From Macrostomum hystrix (lineage: Eukaryota > Animalia > Platyhelminthes): 64,000 bases of DNA. Under the pieces are notes generated by a model. The model was not told the origin of the DNA, made no database searches, and worked only from the letters and a program-made list of their open reading frames with translations. The stretch spans positions 28,954,001-29,018,000 of the forward strand of contig CATNEN010000038.1 of NCBI GenBank assembly GCA_950097015.1. Reading direction: 5' to 3'. Below, in pieces: positions 47,312-60,700 of this stretch. Within the stretch, counting starts at the first letter, position 1. Every line of letters begins with the position of its first letter. Position numbers and translations under genes: made by a program.

Positions 47312-47811
47312 TAGTTGGCTTGTGTGAGTATTTGAAAGACAAAGTACAAAGTGAAAAAAAATTATTTTACTAATTTTTTATCCAACCTTTTCTTAAAGAC
47401 TAATTTTTGGTTACGTAGTGAACCCTTATTTTCGTGTTTCACTCATATGAATTTATCTACCATCGTTTGTGTTATTCCATTCTGGCATTCGCAAGATTAG
47501 ACCATTGCCTGATGAATAATTCAAATTCTTCTTTTAGCGGACTCACTAAGACTAAACAGACTCCGACGAAGTCATGTAACAGGGAAGATCAATTACTCTG
47601 TTATCGTAAAAGCAATATTATATGAGAGAACATTTCTATTCCAAGCTGTTTTATTATCACGGTCTATCAAACATGCCTTTGTGTCCATTTTTAATTCTGA
47701 CTGCCGCATCTGTTCGTCAGTCTTGCTTTTTACGAGCTAGGCTATAACATCTTATTCAGATTACTACTAAACGAGTTCATTTCAAACTCACTAATGATTA
47801 ATCGGGTATTG

Positions 47812-48158
47812 GATCTACTCTGATTCTGTACTAGATCTACTCTGATTCTGTACTAGATCTACTCTGATTCTGTACTAGATCTACTCTGATTCTGTACTAG
47901 ATCTACTCTGATTCTGTACTAGATCTACTCTGATTCTGTACTAGATCTACTCTGATTCTGTACTAGATCTACTCTGATTCTGTACTAGATCTACTCTGAT
48001 TCTGTACTAGATCTACTCTGATTCTGTACTAGATCTACTCTGATTCTGTACTAGATCTACTCTGATTCTGTACTAGATCTACTCTGATTCTGTACTAGAT
48101 CTACTCTGATTCTGTACTAGATCTACTCTGATTCTGTACTAGATCTACTCTGATCTAC
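47812..48158. repeat. 22-bp perfect minisatellite (gatctactctgattctgtacta)
   Basis: ~15 identical copies. Confidence 0.97.
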
Positions 48159-48504
48159 AGCTTCGTCAGATACGTTATCACTGAAGGCTTCATTTTTTTG
48201 AAACTTAATTGTTAGCACGAGTACTTAAAAGCGAAATACACGCTGATTTTCGATTTGATGGGCAACAAAAGTTCTTGTCCATTAGTTAAAGCTTTGTACT
48301 TAAAACGAACCGAGGAGTTTCGGGGTTTAATTCCCAGTAGAAAAACGTTTTCTCGAGTATGACGAGGTAATTTTTTTGTATTCAGTAGTAGTAAAGCATA
48401 CTTTATTATTTGCTGTTTTAGTAATTTCGTTGGGTTTGCCGTCCAAGAAAATAGTCCACGGACTGAATAGCTGTACACATCGCATGGATGCGTCACCTAT
48501 CTAT

Positions 48505-49092
48505 CTATCTGAAGCCGAATAATGCTTTGAGCCTGTTTGCGGCTCGTTGTCTCCCAGCAGCGGCGCCTGAGGTGGCCTGCTGGTCGTCAGCGGTCTCGCC
48601 TGAATCACGAGCTGTCGTCCTGAGCCAACGAAGCGGCATATAGTGCTCAGACTCAAGCTCGTTAACGTACAGAGCCACCCACTGTTGGCCCCGGCAATAG
48701 TATTCGCTGAGCAGACGTCGGCGACGCTCGGTAAGTTGAAACGGTACGGCCTGAAGCCGATTGCTGTGCGCGTAATATGCTACAATGCGACCCTCATTCA
48801 AGGCAAAGGTTGCAACCAGTTCATAGTGTCTGTCGGGCTTTTCAACTTTGCGGCGATAAATATCAGCAAGGATGGCTGCTTCTTCGTTAGACATCAGCCG
48901 AGGCTGAGATGTTGGTGCCCGCTGCTGCTGTATTGATGAAGAACCCCTGCTACCTGATGAGGCGTCAGTGGCAGCAGTGCTGTGTAGAAGGTCCCAAGCA
49001 AAGGGCTGCTGCTGCTGTTGTTGTTGTTGCTGGCGGTGTTGCAATTTTTGCTGATCGCGATGCCCATTTTCTTCTTGACCTTGGTTAAACAT
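48505..49092 (-). CDS. Hypothetical 195-aa protein with poly-Q
   Basis: ATG ORF with poly-Q/Ser N-terminus and a globular-looking central segment; composition is similar to the other host genes; no family recognised. Confidence 0.5.
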   Translation of the reverse strand: MFNQGQEENGHRDQQKLQHRQQQQQQQQQPFAWDLLHSTAATDASSGSRGSSSIQQQRAPTSQPRLMSNEEAAILADIYRRKVEKPDRHYELVATFALNEGRIVAYYAHSNRLQAVPFQLTERRRRLLSEYYCRGQQWVALYVNELESEHYMPLRWLRTTARDSGETADDQQATSGAAAGRQRAANRLKALFGFR

Positions 49093-49779
49093 TTTGTTTG
49101 AATTCTGTAACGCGAGAGCATGCCGTTTGAATATGGTTTAACTGAATATAGCTGAATAAGGAGGCTTTTCCTGTTTACCATTGGCCAGTGTGTTTACATT
49201 CCAAGAAATGCGCCAATGAATGCGAAGGAATTCTCTGTCCTATGTACTATTGAGTTACATTACAGCATTAACAGATGAAACACCAAGCTATTTTTCTCCC
49301 TGGGGGGAAGGACAACGGGGGGTATTTCAAATACCCGCTGCCTACTTCACTGTACTATAGTTCCTATACCGAATGACCGAATTTCGTGAAAGTCCGCCAT
49401 CAGAATTGAAATTCTCCGTCCTTTACGATTAACTAACTTTCAACGCCGTCCGACGTCAGCATCGTCGGTTCTTGTCGACAGAGACCCTGTGGACAAGGAC
49501 AATTAACTCACATTGCTCTGTATAAACCCGGCTAATCCATATTAGTTAATCAAAAAAGTTACAATTTAATCGATTAAGAATAGTCAACAATGATAGCCGT
49601 CATGGTTAACATGATGGAGTGAGGCAGTGAATAAATTAGGACTTTTTTCATTTTAAATTCCCGCCACTTTTCCTCACGCGCTAGCTAAATATCGTAATCT
49701 CACGCAGTGCTCTTTGTTCGTAATATTCGCTCTCAAGTGGAAACATGCACCCACCCCAATTTCTTTGTATAAATATATA

Positions 49780-51942
49780 CTAGCTTTTTTTGCCCGTTGC
49801 TTTTGGGGCAGAAATTTAAAGCAAAGCAGTAAGTAATTCACGTCTCTGTATTAACTTTATAGTGAAGGTCACCATTTATTTATTTACTGCATTAATGAAA
49901 AGTGAAGAGTTTGTTTAAGGGCGGTCTGTCAGGGGAGCGCCATGAGAATCACAGAGGGGGTGCCAGCGGCCGAAAAAGGGCGCCAGGAGCCAAGAAAGGG
50001 CGCCAGCGGCTAAAAAACGGGAGCCAGCGGCTGAAAAAGGGGCGCCAGCGGCCGAAAAGGGGCGCCAGTGCTGCGACTGGCGCCCCTGGTGGGGGCATCT
50101 TATTCCCATGATTAAAATTTGGGGGGGGGGGCGACTGCCCCCCGCCCCCCCCTAAATCTGCCTCTGTAGACAGTATGCATGTACACGCGTATACATAAGG
50201 AAAATAGCCATGGCATAACAATAACAATGTCAAAGAAACAAAACTAAACTGTTTCAGAGTTCAGAGTTAGACAGGTCAAGGTCAATTCGTGACTACTTTT
50301 CTATTAATTGCTTGCGAGTCACCTCAAGGCCTGGGGATACACCACATTCTTCGTTCTTCCCCTTGGTGCGAAAATGAATAGGCCAGCTGGAGTTCCAACA
50401 CGGGAGCAGGCGACATAAAGCTGCCCATGCGAGAAGCAAGGAGTCTCCAGGTTGATGCCAGCCACCTTCAGCGACTGTCCCTGAGCCTTGTTAATAGTCA
50501 TCGCAAAGCACACTCTCACAGGGAACTGCAGTCGCTTGAACTGAAATGGCAGGTCCGTGGGGATAATTGGAATCCGGGGAACGAACACAGACTCTCCTCT
50601 GCCAGATCCAGTCATTATCGTGGCCTCAATCACGTGTGGGAAGAGCCGCCTGACTATCAGTCTGGTGCCGTTACACAGCCTTGGCGCATTCAGGTTGCGG
50701 AGGAGCATAATTGGTGCCCCAACTTTCAGCTGCAAGTTGTGCGATGGAGTTCCAGGAGGATCTAGAGAGTTCAGAAACTCAACAGGATACTCCACAGCGG
50801 TGTCATCAGTCAACGTTGTATCAATTGACTTGTAGGTGAAAACTGCACCTGGCAACTCCTGAAGCAGTTGGTAGTTAATTTCGTTGGCGGCATCATTTCT
50901 AGGACACAGAATTGCCCTCTCTGACAGCCAGTCAACGTCAGCATATCGAACCATCAGGTTCGGGTAAACTTTTGCCTTGAGCTCCTGCACTGACTGCACA
51001 ATGGTTCCGATTGTAGCGATCGATGACTGCCCATCCTCGGTGCTAATCTCCAGCAGACCATTGCCGATTCGCAATAGATTGGCAGAGAACTCATGAGCTG
51101 TTTCGTCTCCTTGAATTGTAGCTCTCATGTTTGTTCGTAGGTGCAACTTCACAACCGATGGCCACAGGTGAGATGATTTTAGGCAAGCATTAATCTCATC
51201 AGCAGGAGTGCCACGCGGAATCACAGGCAGCGTCTGTCTAAAGTCTCCAGACAGCAGCAGAGTGACACCACACCACCCATCAGTTGATCGCCAGCCTCTC
51301 TCTTTCTTCTATCCCAGGCTGGCTGGAGAGAAATATCGACCGGAGAGCCTAGCTGCGCACTGGGACGCCACCGCACTCAGTCTCAGTGCTGCTTGGGGGC
51401 CAGTAGACAGTCTAGGGGTTTGGGCTGTGTACATTCACGGATTGAAATACAATGTACAGTCTGGGGCTTCGGCGCCCGGGGAAGGGAGGGGGTGGCTATA
51501 ATAAAATTTGGCCCGCAGAGTGGCGGAGGGGAGTTGGGGTGGCTGTCCTCGGAAAACAAAAAGTGACTCACTTTGAGATGATGCAGCTTTGCTCTGGATT
51601 GAGTAGAGATGTTCAAAATTGACAGCATTGTTGGAAAACTTGTAAAGTGTAAGTGGATCAAATTTGGAGAAAATCGGACAAAGTGGGGCGACGATATGTC
51701 GAATTGAGTGATTTTTTGACGATTTTTGAGCAGTTTTTTGCACTTTTGAGCAGGAAGGAAATGATTTTTCGGGAATTTGAGTAGCCTATTGCACTCAGCG
51801 TAGGTGGTTTTAGGTATGTGCAAAGTTTGGTGCGATTTGGTTGAGCGGTTTCGGCGTCTATAAAGACAAAAGGTTGCACACACACACACACACACAGACA
51901 GACAGACAGAGTTTTCACTTTTATATACGAGTATATAGAAGA
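49780..51942 (-). mobile_element. Non-autonomous Helitron with both termini and a PIF1-helicase C-terminal fragment
   Basis: 5' end A|TCTTCTATATAC..ATAAAAGTG with (TCTG)/(TG) repeats. 3' end has the hairpin tgccc..gggca followed by CTAG|T at 49780. The ORF ~51270-50319 carries GDFRQTLPV, ERAILCPRN, LKVGAPIMLLRNL, LCNGTRL, RLQFPVRVCFAMTINKAQGQSL and FSHGQLYVACSRV. Confidence 0.92.
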
Positions 51943-53369
51943 TATAGAGGAAAATATAAATGCGATCTTCAACCTGCTCCCTCGCTCCCCAGTCATACCA
52001 ATAACACAGGTTAAACCTACTATACGTTCTCGACGAAATAAGCGATTAACTTTCCTAACTCTTTTCCTGTTTCGCTATTAAATAGACCGAGTTCCTTAGT
52101 TATTTTCCTAATAAAAGGAAAACAGTTAAAGATACATTTGCCTTCCCAATCCTCTCCCAAAGATCTCTCGTCGGCCTTCTTTACCCAAATCCACCCTATT
52201 ATATGATCCCTTTGAAATCCCAATATACCGTCCTAAAATCCCGTCCAAAAGTCCATCTGAAGTCTATCCGAAGTCCACCTAAAGTTCCCTAAATACCCCC
52301 CCTGAAGTCCCAAAACTCCGCCTTTATCCCCTAATGAAACTGTACCAATCCCGGACCCCATAGAGGAAAGTAAGTGAGAGTGCGAAGGTCGTTCACCAGG
52401 CAACTTCAATCCATCCTGATACGCCCCACGGACTGTGTGCCCCAGATCAGTGACCTTAGCCCTCGTGCCAGCAGCAGTAAATTCCGCTCCCAGTGTTAGT
52501 AGCTAGTGTCTTGCCGCTCGGGCATTAGCGCTACCTTAGGTATAACCCGAACAGCGTGAAAAATACCTATTCTCACCCTCATAACTTACGCTACCATTCC
52601 CCCCAAATACTCAGCTCACCAATCCCAAATCCAACAAATAGAGAGAGAGCTGAGAGGTCTGCTACAGGAGCTTTGTTGGCAGAAAAAATATGCCTATGTC
52701 GGTGGTTTTTGCTAGCAGACACCCCGACGAGCATCGGTGAATATCTTGACGATGCCGAAGTTTTATGATACTGGAAGTTGTTTCATTGAATAAAACGGAA
52801 AATCTTAGCCCGTGTTCTCAAGTTTTCATGCCGATCGATTACATTTTTTTAGATGCAGAAGAAAAAAAAATGCATGGTCTTTGTTCTGTTAAGACACTAA
52901 TAAAATTACTCCAAAAAGCATGCTTTATGAAGCGGCGATAGAAGACAGTGAACAGGCTGATGCTAGAATATGGCACGAAAGGAAACAATCATTGAATATT
53001 TGATATGAGGTACACTTTCATTATGCGACAGACTATACTGGGATGATTACCTGAGCAGCAAGTTCAATGCATAGTATGGTTTTATGTTTATTGTATTAAT
53101 CAACACAACTCTACGGGCTTTGTACTCTATCTTGTAAATAAAGATTGATCGATTCATAAAGGCAACAATGAAAGTTGATCCGCTTACTATTATCCGCTAA
53201 CTAGAATCTAAGCGGAAGCCAGCTAAGCAAAATTGTTGCAAAATAAACACAACAAGAATCGAAACAGAAGCTGGTAACTGGAATAGCAGCAGGAGCTGGA
53301 GTCGCAGCAGGAGCTTAGTTAAGCAATTCAGCTACTGCTTAACACCGCAGCTACTGCTGCTAGCTGGAA

Positions 53370-53762
53370 TCGAAGCTGTAGCTGAATTGCTAGGATCACA
53401 GAAGGAGCTGCTAACTGGAATCGAAGCAGGAGCTGCTATCTGGAATCGAAGCAGGAGCTGCTATCTGGAATCGAAGCAGGAGCTGCTATCTGGAATCGAA
53501 GCAGGAGCTGCTAGCTGGAATCGAAGTTGTAGCTGAATTGCTAGGATCACAGAAGGAGCTGCTAGCTGGAATCGAAGCTGTAGCTGAATTGCTAGGATCA
53601 CAGAAGGAGCTGCTAACTGGAATCGAAGCAGGAGCTGCTAGCTGGAATCGAAGCAGTAGCTGCTAGCTGGAATCGAAGCAGGAGCTGCTAGCTGGAATCG
53701 AAGCAGGAGCTGCTAGCTGGAATCGAAGCAGGAGCTGCTAGCTGGAATCGCAGCAGGAGCGC
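53370..53762. repeat. 25-bp minisatellite (gctagctggaatcgaagcaggagct)
   Basis: Visible tandem copies with variants. Confidence 0.9.
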
Positions 53763-54231
53763 ATACCGTTTGTAGTCACAATAACGAAAACATTGTCATT
53801 TATTCAATTGATGCCAGCAACGTTCAAGTCAGAACATACGAGGTGTATTTAGTTTTCGTTGCGACTAAAGTTATATTCACTATTATTTCTAGAGCAACGA
53901 AGCTTTTCATACCACTATTAGTAGTAGTGCGCGCGATATACGAGTATGAAATATTTTCGCATGAGAATTGACAATGAATTTATTCAAAAAAACGGAAACG
54001 TGTGCAATGTCAGTTCATCTGGCGTGAAAATTCAAAAGCGCAGGAAAGCAATAAAAAGTTCAATGTTTTTAGGTGAAAAATTCTATTAAAGTTCATTCCA
54101 TTGTTCTTTCTGTCGAATTGTTTGTAAAAAAGAAGAATTTAACTTAGGATATAGTTTTTTAATCCAAATTATAATAGTTTCTGATATTCTGCTTGGAATT
54201 TTACATTCTATACCTTCTACTTCTACCAACT

Positions 54232-54688
54232 ATCAGACTTCACCTGTCAGATTTCTCCTGCTAGATTTCTCCTGCCAGATTTCACCTGTCAGATTTCACC
54301 TGCTAGATTTCACCTGCCAGATTTCACCTTTCAGATTTCACCTGTCATATTTCTCCTGTCAGATTTATCCTGTCAGATTTCTCCTGTCGGATTTCTCCTG
54401 TCAGATTTCTCCTGTCAGATTTCACCTGTCAGATTTCTCCTGCTAGATTTCTCCTGCCAGATTTCACCTGTCAGATTTCACCTGCTAGATTTCACCTGCC
54501 AGATTTCACCTTTCAGATTTCACCTGTCATATTTCTCCTGTCAGATTTCTCCTGTCAGATTTCTCCTGTCAGATTTCTCCTGTCAGATTTCTCCTGTCAG
54601 ATTTCTCCTGTCAGATTTCTCCTGTCAGATTTCTCCTGTCAGATTTCTCCTGTCGGATTTCTCCTGTCAGATTTCTCCTGTCAGATTC
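54232..54688. repeat. 14-bp minisatellite (agatttc(t/a)cctgtc)
   Basis: ~32 copies just downstream of the GPCR stop codon. Confidence 0.95.
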
Positions 54689-54719
54689 AATTAAATATAT
54701 TTCCGGAAAATCGAGCCCG

Positions 54720-57700
54720 TCACAATTCTGCTGCGGCAACCGAGCAGTCTTTGACTGAATCGCAATCATCCCGACCGGCGTTAAGTTGTACCATAGACAG
54801 GCACTCGCCGTTCAGCCCATCCTCGTCGGCGGTTGCGGCAGAGGCGGCGGCGGCGGCGGCGGCGGCGGCTGCGGCTGCGGCCATGGCATTTTTGTGCAAC
54901 TCCTGGCAGCGGCGCTCAGCAGAGGCCATCAGCGGCGATCCGCGGTTCGAATTTTTGTTATTGAAGCTGTGAGCATTGTTGTTTCCGCCTGTTGGTTGGA
55001 CACCGCTGCGCTGAGCCACACTGCCTGACACGGGCTGAACGAAACGCTGCTTGTTCGGCGGGTGAGGACGAAGCTTACTTCCCCATCCTCTCTTCCCCAT
55101 CCTCTCTTCCCCATCCTCTCTTCCCCATCCTCTCTTCCCCATCCTCTCTTCGCCATCCTCTCTTCCCCATCCTCTCTTCCCCATCCTCTCTTCCCCACCC
55201 TATCTTCCCCATCCTCTCTTCCCCATCCTCTCTTCCCCATCCTCTCTTCCCCATCCTCTCTTCCCCACCCTATCTTCCCCATCCTCTCTTCCTAATCCTC
55301 TCTTCCCCATCCTCTCTTCCCCATTCTCTCTTCCCCATCCTCTCTTCCCCATCCTCTCTTCCTCATCCTCTCTTCCTCATCCTCTCTTCCCACCCACTCT
55401 TCCTCATCCTCTCTTTCCCATCATATATTTCCCATCCTCTCTTCCTCATCCTCTCTTCCTCATCCTCTCTTCCTCATCCTCTCTTCCTCATCCTCTCTTC
55501 CTCATCCTCTCTTTCCCATCATATATTTCCCATCCTCTCTTCCTCATCCTCTCTTCCTCATCCTCTCTTCCTCATCCTCTCTTCCTCATCCTCTCTTCCT
55601 CATCCTCTCTTCCCACCCACTCTTCCTCATCCTCTCTTTCCCATCATATATTTCCCATCCTCTCTTTTACATCCCCTTCCCCTGCCGTAAGAAGCGTCAC
55701 TCACGCAGCGCAGAGTGTTAAGAAAGTTGTTCCTGTAGGTCTTGCTAAAAGCGCAATAAATCCAAGGATTAGCGCAGCAATTGCTGATCCCGATCCACTG
55801 CACAATGGACGGCAGGGCTGGTCCCATGTTCTGCAGGTAGGTCCGCACGGTGGCCGAGAAGAACAGAACGGAGAGCAGGTGCAAGGGTAGCCAGGAGATA
55901 GCGAAGATCAGCACCACGGTAACCAGCATGATTATCAGACGGCTCATCTGCCGACGCTCATTGGCGGTGGTTGATCTGAACAAGCGAAACAATGAGACCT
56001 GACTGTTAGATTTGGATTATAGACATATTGGGATTATAGACATATTGGGATTGAGAACAGATTGGGATTTAAGAAATATTAGGATTATAGACAGATTGGG
56101 ATTTAAGACATATTGGGATTATAGACATATTAGGATTTAAGACATATTGGGATTTTAGACAGATTGGGATTATAGACAGATTAGGATTATAGACAGATTA
56201 GGATTATAGACAGATTGGGATTTTAGACAGATTGGGTTATTAAACAGATTGGGATTTTAGACAGATTTGGATTTTATACAGATTGGGATTTTAGACAGAT
56301 TGGTATTATTGACAGATTGGGATTATAGACAGATTGGGATTATAGACAGATTGGAATTATAGACAGATTGGGATTATAGACAGATTAGGATTTTAGACAG
56401 ATTGGGATTATATAACGATTGGGATTTTAGACAGATTGGGATTATTGTCTGATTTGGATTATAGGCAAAGTCTGGCGTATAAAAGCAATTCGAGTGCATT
56501 ACAAGGGAGGCAGAACAGCTGCTGCTGTCATGGCAGTGAAATTCTAAGAGCTGTCGAGATTTAATCACGGCTGTCTTAAAGGACCCCGTTTTAAACACTG
56601 AAAAGCTCTAGCACTGCACATAGCATTGTTGACGAATTGGAAATCTACGTGGAATTTTAAGGAAAATGAATAATCTTTGCCATCTAGACGACAGGGAAGT
56701 CTTTTTCACAAAAAGCGTTTGTTCATAAATAATTTTTGTTAGCTTAAATGTTTACTTTTTAATGAACTTTACTATTCCAGTCTAAAAATACTAATCAATG
56801 AATAAATTTGTAGTATGTATTCACATATAAGTATATATATAATGTCATATAAAAATTCTTCACTGTCAGATTATCCCTGTCAGATTATCCCTGTCAGATT
56901 ATCCCTGTCAGATTATCCCTGTCAGATTATCCCTGTCAGATTATCCCTGTCAGATTATCCCTGTCAGATTATCCCTGTCAGATTATCCCTGTCAGATTAT
57001 CCCTGTCAGATTATCCCTGTCAGATTATCCCTGTCAGATTATCCCTGTCAGATTATCCCTGTCAGATTATCCCTGTCAGATTATCCCTGTCAGATTATCC
57101 CTGTCAGATAGCACAGGCATTGCTTAATGACCGAAACCCAATTCCTTGGGATGAGATTCGATGGCTGCAACTCACTTTCTAAGAAACTCCTCCTGCCTTG
57201 CAGTTCTTCTGTTCAGTTTGGCAGCCACCAGTCCATAGCAGACGGTTATGAAGGCCAGGGGACCAGCGTACAGCAGGCAGAAGATGACACCGATTTGAAA
57301 AGCCTGGTTTACCTTGTCAGACATGTGGTTGACACAGAAAATATAGGTCTTATTGTTGATATTGGAAACGCTTGTGTCATAGTTAAAAGCCCACGGCAGT
57401 AGCAGTAGCAGTCCGTACGCCCAGATGCAGGCCAGGAAAATGACCGATTGTTTCTTGGAAAAGTGCCGCCTCAACGGGTGACAAACGGCCAGGTATCTGC
57501 AAAAGTAAATGAAACTAAATGTGTTTAGAAATGACTAAATGTAAAACAAAAATACTAGAAAATGCTGAATGTTCTTTGTTCTTGAACAATAAAGGCCTTG
57601 TTTATGATTGGCAAAGCGGTTAACGCATTCGCCTCTCGCCCCACGGTCCCAATGTTTGATTTCACGGCGAGGCCACATTTCTTTGGGGCGCAGCCGCGGA

Positions 57701-60700
57701 GAGAAGGCTTGGGGGCTTGTCGTGCAATTCACGCCCATGAGGGCCAACCTCCAAGGCACAGTGAGAGTGTACACTGCCTGACGATGAGTAAGTCTAGGCA
57801 GATATACAGACCTGTGTGAGCGTGTGCCTGCGTACAATATCTGTGTGCGTGTACGTGCTCAGGAGTCAGCGAGATGGGCAGAATTGCCTCCTCGCTGGCT
57901 GCGGGTGAAGAAGGTGTTGCAGTTAATCAGTGTGTCTAATAGGTGTTTAGCTTTTTCTAGCAGTTAGGTTTACTGTCCACGGACTGAACAGCCGCACACT
58001 CCCTTTTTAAGCGCCTTTGAACCCCTGCGGCTGTGCCAGTAACCGCTGGTGAAGCTGTGCTGTATTTTTTTTAAACAGCTCTCTATAACAAGAACAATTG
58101 TTTGACAATAACTTTCTTCTTTTGTTAGCAACAAAAAGAGGTGCTTTTACAACATCCCCTGTTCTGTCACGGAATGAACAAAACAAATTCAGGGGCAGCA
58201 GCCTTGATTAGTTTATAATAGATTCATGCTTGCAGGAATTTGCATAGGGATTTTATTCTGAAAACACAGCAGTGTTGCAATAAAATTGCGAATGTTTGCT
58301 TTAAAAGAGGCCAGCTGCTAGATTGCAGCTAGACACCCAGAAATTTCAGAAATTATGTCTGGCCGAAAGTGACTTTTGTCTCGTTGAAAACCCATTTTCA
58401 TTTGCAGCTTAAGCCGCCGCCACTTAAAGCCTCCGCCAAACCCTAATCTATAGTTGCCCCATTTTTTAAACAAATTTCTGTCGCTAGTTGGCTATCATTT
58501 GTTTCGTCTGTCTGCCAGGAATTCGATTGGCAGAGATTTCGGAAAGCAAAATGCTTTTTATTGGTTTGCAACAAAGCCTGTTACTTCGCTTTAACAGGGA
58601 TTTATCTTACTCGTTAGTTATAATTTTTTCTTCAACAGCTTTATCGTCGACAAGCGAATGATACAACTTAGCAAAACGTGTTTGTTCAAAAGACTGTTTT
58701 ATTCTAGAAACAACGAAAACGTCCGCTAGCCCGTTAGTTTTCACATGCGTTAACCTCGCCTACTTCCATTAAGCACTGTCATCTTCCATTAACCTTTGTT
58801 AACATCCGCTAACACGCCGGGTAACTTTCGTTACCCTTCTGTAACTTCCGTTAACATTCTGTAACTTCCGTTAACATTCTGTAACTTCCGTTAACATTCT
58901 GTAACTTCCGTTAACATTCTGTAACTTCCGTTAACATTCTTTAACTTCCGTTAACATTCTGTAACTTCCGTTAACATTCTGTAACTTCCGTTAACATTCT
59001 GTAACTTCCGTTAACATTCTGTAACTTTCGTTACCATTCTGTAACTTCCGTTAACATTCTGTAACTTTCGTTACCATTCTGTAACTTCCGTTAACATTCT
59101 GTAACTTCCGTTAACATTCTGTAACTTCCGTTAACATTCTGTAACTTCCGTTAACATTTAATAACTTCCATTAACATTCAGTGACTTCATTTAACATTAA
59201 GTAACTTCCGTTAACATTTGGTGACTTCCGTTAACATTTGGTGACTTCCGTTAACATTTGGTGACTTCCGTTAACATTCTGTAAATTCCGTTAACATTTA
59301 ATAATTTCCATTAACATTCAGTAACTTCCGTTAACATTCTGTAACTTCCGTTAACATTCTGTAACTTCCGTTAACATTCTGTAACTTTCGTTACCATTCT
59401 GTAACTTCCGTTAACATTCTGTAACTTTCGTTACCATTCTGTAACTTCCGTTAACATTCTGTAACTTCCGTTAACATTCTGTAACTTCCGTTAACATTCT
59501 GTAACTTCCGTTAACATTCTGTAACTTCCGTTAACATTTAATAACTTCCATTAACATTCAGTGACTTCATTTAACATTAAGTAACTTCCGTTAACATTTG
59601 GTGACTTCCGTTAACATTTGGTGACTTCCGTTAACATTTGGTGACTTCCGTTAACATTCTGTAAATTCCGTTAACATTTAATAATTTCCATTAACATTCA
59701 GTAACTTCCGTTAACATTTGGTGACTTCCGTTAACATTTGGTGACTTCCGTTAACATTTGGTGACTTCCGTTAACATTTGGTGACTTCCGTTAACATTCT
59801 GTAACTTCCGTTAACATTTAATAACTTCCATTACCATTCAGTGACTTCATTTAACGTTCAGTAACTTCCGTTAACATTTGGTAACTTCCGTTAATATTTG
59901 GTGACATCCGTTAACATTTGGTGACTTCCGTTAATATTTGGTGACTTCCGTTAACATTCGGTAACTTCATTTAACTCTCAATAACTCACCCCACTTTCGT
60001 TAACTAAATACCGTCTACTGTCTCACTCCACTTTGTTCATACATCGTGAATTTTTACCCACCTTCGCTAGATCGGCCAAGTTATATTATAAGAATGAGGT
60101 TTTTTATTATACTAGGCCGTTTGATTAAATTAGGAAAAGTGCACACGAGTGCAGTTCCTCTTTAAGTCTCATCAATTTCAACTAGCCTTCTCTATGCCCA
60201 CTAGAACCCAGCTATAAACAGAAGGTTTCCTTTGTGTTCAGACTGTTTAAACCAAATCGTTGAAACTGGCGCCAACTCAAATGACAAATTGGTGAGCCAA
60301 TTAAGGTGACAAGTTGAGGACGTTCGATTTAATTAAGACTAATTTGTGTTCCGCTTTCTCCACTAACAGCAAGATTTAAAGAAAGCAAATTTTTAAGGTG
60401 AGACTTGCACTTTTCTTCTATCAGGATTGGACTTAAAAATACATTAGTCTGATCAAAGAAATTTCTAAAAGCGCGATACGGTTAGATAATTCGCACACCT
60501 GTTAGACATAAATTATACCTGTTAGATACAAATTGTACCTGTTAGAAACATAATATACCTCATTACACCTTTTAGACACATATTACTCCTGTGAGACACA
60601 CATTACACATGTGAGACACACGTGAGACATGCATTACACGTGTGAGACACGCATTACACCTGTGAGACACGCATTACACGTGTGAGACACACATTACACC

